From: Amoebidium appalachense
Lineage: Eukaryota; Protista; Ichthyosporea
Assembly (NCBI GenBank): GCA_963693365.1
Contig: CAVNZM010000009.1
Location: 1,118,231-1,182,230, forward strand
Direction: 5' to 3'
DNA length: 64,000 nucleotides
This document shows positions 39,069 through 62,410 of the stretch, in pieces (within the stretch, counting starts at the first letter, position 1; each line of letters starts with the position of its first letter). The notes beneath the pieces are model-generated. The model saw only the letters and a program-made list of their open reading frames with translations, searched no databases and was not told the DNA's origin. The position numbers and the translations under genes are program-made.

Positions 39069-39846
39069 GAGGCACACACACATGGAGGCACGTGCACACA
39101 CACGCATCCAATTCACACACACACATGCACGCACGCAGCGCACACACACACACACACTCACTCACTCATTCACAGACACTCACTCACTCCACCCCCCCCA
39201 CTCCCCTTCCACCCACCCCGCCTCACCCCCGTACCCCCCTCCTCCCCCCCTTCCCCCCCCCCCCCCCCCCCCCCCCCACACACACACACAGACCGGGCCC
39301 ATGAAGGGGGAGGTGACATCCTTCCAGAACGTACCAGTCTCCATGTGGTGGTGCCTCGTGACTCTTACGACAGTAGGGTATGGTGATATGTATCCAACCA
39401 CGTGGCAGGGAAAGGCCGTTGCTATGGTAACCATGATTGCTGCACTTATCTGCTTGGCTTATCCAATCACATTGCTCGGTCAGGCGTTTACCGATGCCGG
39501 GGACCAATTAGATCGCGAGGAGGAGGAGGAGAGGACGAGGGCTGCAATCTCTACCATATCTGTGCACCATCTAGATCCGCAACCGATGGAAATGCAGGAG
39601 GTTGCAAAGAGCCAATCAAATGCCCCCGCATCTAGATCTACCCTCCCACCCATTGGTTCGATTCATGACACTTCATCTGTTCACAGTTCGGTTGGTGGTG
39701 TTGCAACGAGTGCTGCAGCAAACACAAATAGTTTTTTGGTGAATCAGTCTGTGTTAACGAGGCTGGAAGAGGAGATACAGAGAACAGAGGCGCACCTGCT
39801 TGGATTGAGACATCTGTATGCAGAACTGAGGGGAGGTGCTAGTTAG
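37061..39846 (+). CDS. Voltage-gated potassium channel (Kv/Shaker-like 6TM), 413 aa, 3 exons
   Basis: Exons 37061-37525, 37942-38163, 39292-39846. S2 FFCIEFLAR, S3 NWVDLLSIVPYY, S4 LRILRLLRIIRILKMLK, pore SMWWCLVTLTTVGYGD, S6 IAALICLAYPIT. Confidence 0.95.
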
Positions 39847-39979
39847 AGTGTAGTGTGTGGGGAGGTGTGTGTGTGTGTGTGGGGGGAGGGGGGGGGGGGG
39901 GGGGGGGGGGGGGGATGTTAGGTGGTGTTTGTTTTTTTTGTTTTTTTTTTCTTTTTTGTTTTCTTGTTTTTTTTGTTTT

Positions 39980-40028
<49 letters not shown>

Positions 40029-40139
40029 TATTATGCTTAGGCATGTACATGTTTGTCCAAAAACATAATCGTACCTGGTCCTGGGCACTGCGAATAATCT
40101 GGTGGTCGATTGGGTTTTGAATGGCCGGGGTAGGCTGCA

Positions 40140-40211
<72 letters not shown>

Positions 40212-41993
40212 GCGCACACACACACGCACACGCACACGCACACGCACACGCACACGCACACGCACACGCACACGCACAAAACACAAACACAAACACACAG
40301 ACAGACATGTACATAATTTCGTTTGTGATCCCCCCAAATAAGAAAACAGTACAAAGAGTGTGGCAGATTATCTATTATTAGACAGGGTATGCATATATAC
40401 CGATTAGATTTAGTGGGTTAACATGTACAAACCCTAGTAAGGTTAATAATAATGCACGCAGGCATTGGTATCTGCACGATCATCGATCTAATCTTACTGT
40501 AAATTCAACGATACGATAGGCCTTAGACCTAAAGATTTTGCACAGCGCCTTGTCACTTACCATAGTGAAAGCTTAGTCAAAGAAAGGTGCATAAAATTAA
40601 TATTCACTTTAGGTCGTGATTATTCATTAAATCATATTCTAGATCTCAGCAGTTAGTACTAGAACCTACATTCTAACATGCCCTTAAGTGGCAAGCTGGT
40701 CTGTTACTTGTACTGCTAGTTGCCCAAAACGAAATCCTTTTCATATCTACGTGTGTGTGTGGCACTAATAAACAGTAGCTTTAGCTGGCCCTAGGATATA
40801 CGTACACTTCTCCTTTCTCAGTGTGTGCATGCATATGTCCCCCTCTATGGATCGATCCATAAAGTTTCTGTATGTGTGCACGTGTCCAGCTGCACTTCGG
40901 CGACCTCATTAAATTTAGCTGTGCAGCTATATTAGGTGCCTGTGTCCCTCTCCCAAGCCCGGGCCTTTATTCTCTGTGCAGTGTAGCTGCCTGTGCCCCT
41001 TCGAAATCTTTTCTCTACGTACTCTTCTCTCTCACCACTAGTACGTTTATTACATGTGCCTCTCTCCGTGTTTCTCATTTCTTTGTGTGCATGTGCACCT
41101 GTGTGCCCTGAATGTGCCTCTCTCCCCCTCACAAATGTCTCGAGATCAGTGTGTCTCCTTCCCCCCCCCCCCCCCCCCCCCCCCTCCCCCTCCCCCCTCA
41201 AAAAAAAGTGTTAGTTCGGGCAAGTATGTGTGCGCACGTGTCGTGCATAATAATCTCCCCCCCCCCCCCCCCCCTCTCTCTCTCTCTCTCTCCCCTCCCC
41301 CTCTCTCTCACTCTCGCTCTGTGTGTGGTCTGTGCGCGTGCATGCGCATGCGCGTGCCCCCCCCCCCTCCCCCCCCCCCCAATCCCCCTCCCTCCCACCC
41401 TCACTGGGGTGCGCCAAGCTCCCGCCTAAGGAAAGAAACAGTACGAGCACAGCACCGTTATTTTACCCTCCGGTGGTTCAAAATGCACACGTAACAAGTG
41501 TGTATTGGCCCACAGAGCCACCAATACTCAGAACTCATTGCAATTTGGGTTGATTTCGTAGGTGCGGGAAAATAAATGGTAACAGATGTTCAACTCGAAA
41601 AACCTGTGCAGATCAGGGAAAATGATGGAATAATCTAGATATTTTACTACAATAGGCTGCTACCTGATTAAACACACAGAGACAGTATACTCTGCAAATA
41701 GCTTACTACATAGACACACAGAACACATTTGCTACAATAACATGTTACCTACTAAAGATACTTACTCTACTACATAGAAGGAATTGCTACAAGCCCCAAG
41801 ATGAAGGGAAAAAACCCATGAAATACATGAAACCCAGCTCCGCACAGCACGGATTTCGGTTTTGAAAAAAAAAGCGACAACCCAAAACACAATTACAACA
41901 CCATACATAGGAAAAAATATTTAACAAAAAGGAGTAACTATCATTGCTCTATACGTATGCACTAAATATAGACAAAGAAAGTATTTTTAGATT

Positions 41994-52220
<10,227 letters not shown>

Positions 52221-53253
52221 GTTGACCACCTAAGCTCGGCCATGCGCCGATTAAACGCAAGCCTTTAGAAAAGAACCATCGCACTCACGTTTGCCCTGAG
52301 CACATGTACGCAGACACTCAAGCTTTGCAGCTCCCTTAACATCCCATTTTTCTAAGCTCGCAAAACCTCCTTTCACTTGCACTTTCAAGTTTTTGCGTAG
52401 GCTTCGGAAAGAGAGAGTCGCCGCGCGTGCAGGGTTGGGCTGGGGTCAGCTTAACCGTATTGTCCTTTGGCCAATCGTAACGGACAGTTTCTTACTCGTA
52501 ACGGGGGGGTTCTTGGGGATCTGCAAGCACAGCTAAAAACGCCCCTCCAGTCACAAAACTCAAACTACGCGTTTTTACAAATTAAGTATCGCAAAATTAC
52601 AAGCCCTGGACACTTGTCGGGGCTCGATATTGCTCATGAGAAGCGCTGTAGATATGTTCTTGAACAGAAATATTGGAAAATTTAGGTACAGTTAGATATT
52701 AGGGGGCCTTAAAGCGTTTATAATGCTATACATCTGATACGAAAGCTGTTACGACGGCACCCTAACCGTATTCGTATCGGGTCTTTCGTTAATCGTAATC
52801 ACGACAATTTTTTTTCGTAATCCCCCCCTGCGCGCGTGACGTGTTGCTTGGCGCCAGTTTTGGTCTCGTAGCCAATCAAACGTAAGCAAAAAATGTCAGA
52901 ACTTAAACTGCATGACCTTTAGCAATACTGATTTGTGTATATTATTTTATAATTAAAGCTATAGCGTATAAAGCTGCATTTAGCGAATCTTTATACGCTC
53001 CGCATTTTAAATGATGCCGGCAAGGCTTGATCGTTTCAAAACTGAATCGCGCAAACACGGCCTCTCTGATTCTCACGTGGCCCCGCCCCACTTCTTGTAA
53101 CTTTTAGCTGCAGGCTGTTATACGTTTTTTCCAGCGACAAGTATTTCCATCGACAATTATACCGATACCATTTTTTGGTTGATAAATAAACTAGTACTCA
53201 AAGTAATCTATAGTGCATTAGGCAGCTTTCTTTAATAGACCTCAAACAGCAAC

Positions 53254-54304
53254 ATGCTACGTACCAATGTGCTACGTTTTAGGCTCCCTTTGGCTTCACC
53301 TGGGTGCGTGCCAGCTGTAATTGCAAGGTTTTATTGCACCCCACAACCACCTAAGGACCCTATAGCCCCACTGGCACAAGAGTCTGTAATTGTTCAGCAA
53401 ACAGACGAGAAAACTGCACCAGTACACGGCATTCCGCCCACTTCTACTGTTTCAGCCAAGAATGCAAAGACAGAACCGGTTTCAGCAAAGCAATTATTAG
53501 CAAGGGTTGAGGCGCGAAGCACTGCAAAAGGTTCATCGCTAGGCAAATCCAAGAAGGATGCACGTGAGCATAAAATGAAATCTGTCAAGCCAGACAGTGC
53601 GCTCCCGGTGGAGAAGAAAGAAAAAAAGGGCAGGGCTGTTGTTAGTGCCGAGCAGCTGGACGAGTTATTTCCTCGTCTTGTCCTGTATGAGGATGATTAC
53701 ATGTTGGCCATCAACAAACCCGCAGGTATGGCTGTGTGGTGAGTTGAGCCCTTTCAGATGCTGTTGTTACATACACATAGTCATTGCTCCCTTCCCTTCT
53801 CCCTCACTCCCTCATTCCCTCCCTGCCTCCCCCCCCCCCTACTGTGCGCATGGCTGATGTTGCATACTTGAATGTTTGCCTTTGCATGTGTCCTTCGTGT
53901 ATGCGTACTTCGTACCGTGTTCCGCATTCAACCCCCCCCCCCCCTCCCCGCCTGCCCGCCCTCCCCCCCCCCCCCCCCCCCCCTTCCTCCCCTGCCGGCT
54001 TCCCTTTTCCTTAACCCCCCTCCCTCCATTTCTCTCTTTCGGTGTGTGTGTCTTTATGTGGGTGGGTGTGCCGCAGGTGCAGGGGCACCTGGGGTGGGGT
54101 TGGTGGTGGGGGGAACGTTTTGGGGGGGGGAGGAGGAGGGGGGGGGGGGGGGGGCTGCCTCTGGTAAGCGGTGGTGGCTGCTGTCAGGACTTGCCGGAGG
54201 GGTACAGGGGAGGGGGTGGGTGGGTGTTTGGGGAAGAGGGAAGGGCGGGAGGAGGGAGTGGGGGGAGGGGGGAATAGAGAGGTTGGCGTGAGGATCAGTG
54301 CTGT

Positions 54305-54343
<39 letters not shown>

Positions 54344-56215
54344 AGTGGGTAGACTAGGGCAGGAGAACACTAGAAATGGCTACGTGGACGGAAACGTCTA
54401 ATTTTTTTTGGGGGGGGTCTTTCTTTGTGTTTATGGTTTTTTTGTGTGCGTGTTTGTGTGTGCCCCGTTACCCCCTCGGCGCACCCCCCTCTCTACCCTC
54501 CCCCCTTCCCTCGCCGCCGCCGCCCCTCTCCTCTCCCTCTCTCTTCCTCCCTCCGCCATTTCTTTCCCTCTCTTCCCATCTCCATTCCTCCCTTCCTCTC
54601 TTTCCCGCTTTCTCCCTGTCACACACACTCTCTCCCTCCCTCTCTCTGGTCTCCCTGACGGTTGTTTCCATTTGTGTCACATGTTTTAGGGTGCTTACCC
54701 CGAACAATATCTGCTTTAGCCTAAACTCTACATATTCAGTAGTGTTTTCCTTTCGGGCATCTGCATAACCGTTGCCCGACTTTATCTAGTTCTTGGTACT
54801 GTGTAATTGCCCCCCCCCCCCCCCCCCCCCCCCCCCATCCCAATGGGTATCTTTGCAATCTTCTTTGTGTTGCCCGCGAGATCTGTGCACTTCATACTCT
54901 GGAACACGTTTGATCCCCATCCCCCCGACGCATACTGTCCGCATGGTTGATGTTGCATACTTGAATGTTTGCCTTTGCATGTGTCCTGCACCATGCTTCT
55001 CATCGTGTATGCGTACTTCGTACCGTGTTCTGCATTCAAAGCCCCCCCCCTCCCCACCCCCACCCGCACCCGAGTACCACTAGTTTTCTTTTGTTTGCAC
55101 GTCGGCGGTGGTGGTGTGTAAGTATGTCTGTGTAGTGGTAGTGGTGGGGGTTTTTTTTTGGGGGGGGGGGGGGGGGGCATGGCTCCAACTGAAGTGTGTC
55201 CCTCCCAGGTGTGCCAACCGTCCCAGACACCACAAAGGCTGCAGACATCGTAACCGCTGCGTTGCGGTATGTCTCTAATCCGGAAAATCGCAAAAACACC
55301 GGAAAACAAAACGAAAATTCCACTGAAGCCAGCGAGCCGCCAGCACCCACTCGATCGCTGCGACGCGTATGGCCAATTCATAGAATCGACAGACCTGTTT
55401 CCGGGGTTGTGTGTTTGGCAAAGACGAAAACGACGGTCGATCATCTTACAGAACTTTTCAAAAACAGGGAGGTGAAAAAGACGTACATGGGGGTGGTGAA
55501 CGGACACATGGACGGGGAGGGCATGTGGTACGGATGGTTGGTTAAAAACCCCGGGAAAAATGTGATGGAGGTGGTGGCAAACGGGAGCACACCGCAGGAA
55601 TTGTACACAAATATGACCAAAATAGAGCCCCCCCCTGCACCGATAACACGGCAGAGGAATGACCTTCACAAACCGGAAACCGGAAAGGAAACCAACAATG
55701 ACGACAGTGCTATGTCGGACGATGACGTCATAACCGAAAAATCGGAAAATAAACCCCCGAAAACAGCAAAAACACCAAAGGAAAAGAGTATATGGAAGGC
55801 GGGGGCGGTAGCGGTCACCCACTGGCGGGCACTCCGCCACCTGAAATTGCGGAATGGAAATTTGCAGACTTTGGTCGTCCTTGAGCCCAAAACCGGCCGC
55901 CTTCACCAAATTCGTGCCCAGGCGGCGGACGCTGGCCATGCAGTGGTCGGAGATACCAAATATGGCGCATTCCAGAAACTCCAGGATTCTTCTATTGCCC
56001 TTCACGCGTCTTCGCTGGCACTTGAGATTCCGGCTATTGGAAAAGAGGAGAAGAAAAGTCTAACTTTTGAAGCGCCTTTACCGGAAAGTTGGATGAAGAG
56101 ATTTGGGTTGAAAACGGAGGACGCACCGAAAGGGCAGAAAAGGGCGGGACAGAGAAAGACACAACAACACGAGAAACGGGGGGGTAAGCCTGTGGGAAAA
56201 CATAGAAGATACTAG
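53254..56215 (+). CDS. RluA/RluD-family RNA pseudouridine synthase, 492 aa, 2 exons, probable mitochondrial presequence
   Basis: Exons 53254-53725 and 55209-56215. Motifs LYEDD-x3-AINKPAG, catalytic HRIDRPVSG, KTY, TGRLHQIRAQ, VVGDTKYG, LHA. Arg-rich, acid-free N-terminus. Confidence 0.93.
53840..53931 (+). repeat. Dispersed intronic element, short form in the pseudouridine synthase intron
   Basis: Same sequence as 18770-18879 but lacking an internal ~15 bp (a deletion shared with the 33999 copy); followed by a C-run. Confidence 0.9.
54931..55040 (+). repeat. Dispersed intronic element, long form in the pseudouridine synthase intron
   Basis: Near-identical to 18770-18879; followed by a C-run. 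Confidence 0.9.
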
Positions 56216-56604
56216 ATGATTTGCGGTGAAAATTTTTGTGCGTGTGGACACACTTAGCGATAGTCGTATGTAGATGTTTATTATGCGGCTGTACAGTTTC
56301 ATATGTTTTGATGATGACGTCTGGGATATTTTTTCGGTAACACCGCGAATGATGTTTTTCAAGCACAGGTTGCTGTGTGTCTTGCTAATTTGGCGGTACA
56401 TGTGTATGCGAAACCAGTAAATGTGTTGTATGTCTTGTTTTTTCTATTAGACGATAATACTACATTTTTGCCAGTGCTGAGCAAGTTAACAGGCACATGC
56501 ATGCACAAGGCGCACACACACACGCAATATGCACGTGCACACGTGCACACACTCTCTCGCTCCCCGTCTCATTCACACACACACACGTGTGCACACACAC
56601 ACGC

Positions 56605-56641
<37 letters not shown>

Positions 56642-57325
56642 TGGCACTGCGATGCGCATAATCATTGGCATGTCCGGACATGCACACAACTTGTACACAC
56701 ACACACACATCCATATTGAAACCAGCCTATAAACACAAATTTAAAACTGTTTGCACACTCGCAAGTGATAGACTCCAGCACACAACACACACGAGCACAC
56801 AAACTTATGGAGCCAATTTATTCGTGGCCTAAGCATCAGTGTGTGCGGAATATTTTGCCGTTACCTACTGCATACTGTACATACACTAGTGGTTGAATGC
56901 TAGGCCCGTTTGAGAATTCGAAAACATTGCATCATTCATATCATGAAGGAAAGCTTTAATTCATATTTACAAATGCTCGTCCATTTATAAATCTATTGAA
57001 CATTTCCTAATACTTACGATCAGCAACCTTCTCATGAACTAATTCTTCATAACTTTTATTACTAACTAAACCACAAGGCTACTGGCATATTCCACCAGCC
57101 ACCTACTCGATCGCGAACAGCCGAATTAAAATTGTACAGCTCGAGCTCACGTTGAGCCCTGTAGGAATTTCAAACTTAAATTTGCTGATATTAGATTGAA
57201 AGCAAGAAAGGTTTGGCCGAAATTTGATAATTTCTGACACATATGTACAGGTTGCGTCATTTACATGAATACATTGATTTGCTAAATGGTGGCACCAAAA
57301 ATTTTACAGATCTCAAGCTCACATC

Positions 57326-57391
<66 letters not shown>

Positions 57392-57518
57392 CCCGCCCCG
57401 CCAACTCAGAGTCCCATACGTGGTGAATCGGAACCCTCTAAAAGCCACATACATGGCAATAAGGTCCAACACAAGCACAAACCCCAAAAAATCAAACCGG
57501 GGAAACAGAGTGAGCACG

Positions 57519-58489
57519 TTATGAAGGCAGGGACCATCTAGGTGTCTCTGACCTGTCCTTTTGGTGCTTTTGTAACAGTCCCTTGTCCAACATCCTGGTG
57601 ATAAAATGATAAAATGGGGTCACATGTCAGAAACAGAACAATAACTTAGCATGTGATGTGGTGTAGTGGATGGTGGTTTCAAGTACGTGATCATAGTAGG
57701 CTGATTGCGTTTTGCAACCGAGCACCCATTAACCGAACACCAGATCTGGGGATTTCATTGGCTCTGGCCAGATCCGGTCCTGACGAAAGTAAGAGCGGTA
57801 ACTGAAGTCGATTTATTCCCCAAAGTCGACATCGAGATTCCGTTGAATTGTTCGTGTACATTTTATGCGTGCCCGAGTAGAGGACATGGAAAAGGTTATC
57901 AAAAATACTCTAGTTCATCAGAAACTTTTTAATATGGTTGAAGTAATTATGGATTTCCATATCATTGACTACTTTTTTTAATAGATAAAGCTGATGAATG
58001 TGAGCTTCTGTCGACATCACACCCGGCCGACCGAAACTGAGGTGAAAGCATGAATTTCATTCACAAGCTGGCACCGGTAAACATATGATATGTAACCAAT
58101 AGATGTAAAGATCGAGGTGTTCGGTTAATGGGTGAGATCTGAACAGCATTTGCTTTTCATGTTTTTGTTAATAAATCAGACCAGAAACGCCATTTTTATT
58201 TTATAATGTGAAGATTTACAATTTTATTCTTCCTTCGACAAAAAGAAAGTACCCGTTTATCTCTATTGGGAGCTGAGATATTGCATAGATCGAGTGCAAA
58301 ACGGTTGATGGATCAGAAACCCTAAGCGAGACACACAAAACACCATCACCATGTGGCACCACCACACATTCTCTCTTTCAACACCCACACACCCACACAC
58401 ACGCACTTCCTCCCTCCCTCCCCCCCCCCCCCCCCCCCCCCCCCTCCCCTCTCCCCTCTCCCTCTCCCTCTCCCTCTCCCTCTCCCTCT

Positions 58490-58540
<51 letters not shown>

Positions 58541-58694
58541 CCCCCCCCCCCCCCCCCCCCTCTCTCTCTCTCTCCCTCCCTCCCTCCCTCTCCCCCTTCT
58601 CTCTTACTCACGCACGGACTCACATCGACACACACAAGCAATCTCTTGTCCTTTCTCTCTCTTCCAGAGCAGTCGGACCCCCTCTCGCATCGAG

Positions 58695-58728
<34 letters not shown>

Positions 58729-59012
58729 CTCCGCCCCCCCAAAAAACAAAACCCAAACCCACCCTTGGCCCTCAACGTACACTATGGTCCATTTGAATAC
58801 TTTCACACCTCACGAATGACCCGAGAGCAAAACATGATGTCTGCTTGCGCGAGAATCATTATGTGTGTTTGCGCGTCATTGTATGCACTTGTGGGCCCGC
58901 ATATGTGCATGTGGATGTGGGGGATGCAGGAGGAGGGGGAGGGACATGCAGGTAAGCGGGTAGTGGGGGGTCGAGCCGCCAATAACTTTTTTTTTTTTTT
59001 TTTTTTTTGAGA

Positions 59013-59053
<41 letters not shown>

Positions 59054-59239
59054 GGATGAGTACCTATGAAGGATTGGGTTTGCCTCGCTTTTTGTTTTCA
59101 AGCCCACAGCTCTGAAGATGGTCCGAACCTCCACTGGCTCCATATGCTGACTGCACCCCCCAAATGCAGAAGTCAGACACCACATGGAAGCAAATAAAAA
59201 ATGAAAAATGTGTCGTTGCAAAGTAGATCACAACAGAAG

Positions 59240-59327
<88 letters not shown>

Positions 59328-60296
59328 AAAACACCACGCACGCACGCACGCATGCACGCATGCACACACACACACGCACGCACGCACGCATGCACACACA
59401 CACACACACAAAAAAAAAAAGGGGGGGGGGGGTGCATGGATGTTTTCGGAGTGAATGATGGACGGGGAGGGTGTGTGTGTGTGTGTGTTGGGGGGGGGGG
59501 GGGGGGGAGGGGGGGGGCAATGCATTAGACAGTTTGGGGATAAAGAAACTAAAGCAAAAACGAGAAAGAAACGAAAGAAAGCAACGTAAAACACTGGACG
59601 TGTCAGCACCAACACATTGCGCAGAGACACCAAAAGAAACATGCAGGCAGGAGACCAACCAACAGGGTCCCGGAGAAGGGGGGAGGCGGCGGCGGGGGGG
59701 AGGGGGGGGGGGAGGGGGGGAGGGAGGGAGGGGGGAGGGAAGGGGATACCTTAGGAATTGAAAGATCTCAGACTCGATGTCTGAGAGGCCATTTGGGGCC
59801 ACTGTGGAGAACAGCCATTCAGTTAGCAAAAGAACGCTCTAGGTCATTCCAGCATTAACATGAACACCCGATGGGGGTTTTGTTAAGAGGATGATGATGG
59901 GTGGGTTAGTGAAAAAGGACGTGTGTGAGGACAGCTATGTCCCAGAGAAGAAGAACAGTCGTGGAAGTGTGTTGGGGCCTTTTGGGGGGGGGGGGGGGGG
60001 GGGGAGGGGGGGGGGCAGGGGGAGGGAGGGGGGGGGGGGGGAGGGGGGGGGGTTAACATCACCTGGTGGTGCTGCATTGAGTGTTGATCTGGTGGTACGT
60101 CTAGAAGGCGCAATAGTCATCTCCACGAATTTCTCTGCGTGAATCAATGGGTCAGCTATGTTGAATGGGACATTGGTAGAACACATGAAAAACAGAATCA
60201 GAACACGGGTTTCAGGACGAAATGCCGATCCGTTACGTGCTCTCACATGTACGCCCACGTCACGCACACGCGCGCGCACACATACACATGCACACA

Positions 60297-60342
<46 letters not shown>

Positions 60343-60886
60343 TTCCACACCTACGTGCACAACGTGGCACAAGGAGACGGGACAGGTGAGGTGGAAGGGG
60401 GGAAGGGGGGGGGGGATGTATGTATCAATGAGTGTCAAAGAAAAAAAAAGCACAAACAAAACAACACAAAACAAGACCCCAAAACATATATGCAGGCGAA
60501 AGCACTTGAACGGAGCCTATTGCCAATTGCAAAGGAACGGAACGCCTGGGCGGGTGTGTGTGTGTGTGAGTTGGGGGGGGGGGGGGGGGGGGTTTGAATG
60601 CGCCATTGAGTACGAAGTACATTCACAACGGATAACACGATGCAGAGTGCAAACCACACAAAAAGAGTATATGCATATTCAGCAGAGCCCAAAGTACAAG
60701 TATCCTTCCACGCCCAACAACACCTTGCAGATTTTGAGCAAAAAAGAGGGGGGGGGGGGGGGGGAGGGGAGGGGGGAAACAAGTTCACACAAAGAGTATG
60801 CGTCCTAAGCAAAGCCCATCCTTGTGAGGGGAGGAGGAGGTGATGGGCTTAGGGGGAGGTAACGGGGAACCAGAGGTGGGGGAGGT

Positions 60887-60917
<31 letters not shown>

Positions 60918-61357
60918 AGCAGTACAGAGAACGAAGTACGCATTCACGACAAAAAAACACAAAGCAAGGAGGGGGGGGAATACACGTACTTTCCAACACC
61001 TCCGTTTTATGTTCCAACTCCAAGAGTCTACCCTCCGTGTGTGTCTGTTCTCTATGTAGCTGCTGGGTGGCCTCGACAAGAACAGGTATTGCCGCAGAGG
61101 GGGTCTTAATACTTAATTTGAGGGCCTGGGGAATATGAAGGGTGAGGGGGGTTACGTTGAAATTCAAATAAGTGATGTGCAAATTTAGTACGTGTGTGAA
61201 AGCGTACATATGCGTGAGTATATTAACTCTTGGAAAGGCATCAAAATTGACAGGCACGCACAGACGGGTGCGCATACACCCTCTCACACACACACACAGG
61301 CACACATGCGCACAGGCACGCGCGCACACACCCTTACCCACACACAAACACGCACAC

Positions 61358-61444
<87 letters not shown>

Positions 61445-61447
61445 CAG

Positions 61448-61524
<77 letters not shown>

Positions 61525-61566
61525 AACCCCCTTCCCCCCGGTTCTCCTCCCCTCCCCTTCCCCCCG

Positions 61567-61621
<55 letters not shown>

Positions 61622-61702
61622 ACCACCACCTCCTTCCCCCCCCCCCTTCCCACACACACACACACACACCACCCCCCACCCCTCCTCCTCCTCCTCCTCC
61701 CC

Positions 61703-61733
<31 letters not shown>

Positions 61734-61956
61734 ACGTACACACACCTCTGCCTCTGCCGACCCATCAGTCACAAGAACATTCCTAGGCTGCCCGTTCACA
61801 TTTGTGCGCCTCGGTGTCACTGCGTGGAGAAGGGCGTCTGCATCCTTCGATAAATCCTGCAATAGGAAACAAACGTACGTGGATTGAGTTTTAAGTAGTT
61901 TGTTGTCGTTGTTGTTTTTATTATTATTATTATCATCATCATCATCATCATCATTG

Positions 61957-61994
<38 letters not shown>

Positions 61995-62328
61995 GCTACG
62001 ACTACTACTATTATCATCATCATCATCGTTTATCATCATTTAGTATTAATTGGTTATCTCCAAAGCATCGGCACCCTGTTTCGTATTTGCACGCATGTTC
62101 TAAAACATGAACGACAGAAACGAACTCGTGTGTGGACACCACAACCATTGTGTGTCCCTAACAGTAAGAGACGACAAACACACTACAAAGACCTATTAAG
62201 AAAGACAAAAACACGTCCATTTATGCTATTTCAACCATGCAGAAAAGTGGCATGTTATTGAAAAACTTTGCAAGATCATTGACAGAGAACACACTATCCA
62301 AACACTCAAACCTGAAGGAAAAAATAAC

Positions 62329-62363
<35 letters not shown>

Positions 62364-62379
62364 GGCGGTGGTGGTGGGG

Positions 62380-62410
<31 letters not shown>

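Noticed and set aside
54782-56005. 407-aa antisense ORF
   Set aside because: Shadow of the pseudouridine synthase exon; no independent motifs.
57991-58060. CTGATGA...GAAA hammerhead ribozyme-like words inside the MITE
   Set aside because: Stem II does not close next to GAAA and I could not build stems I and III.
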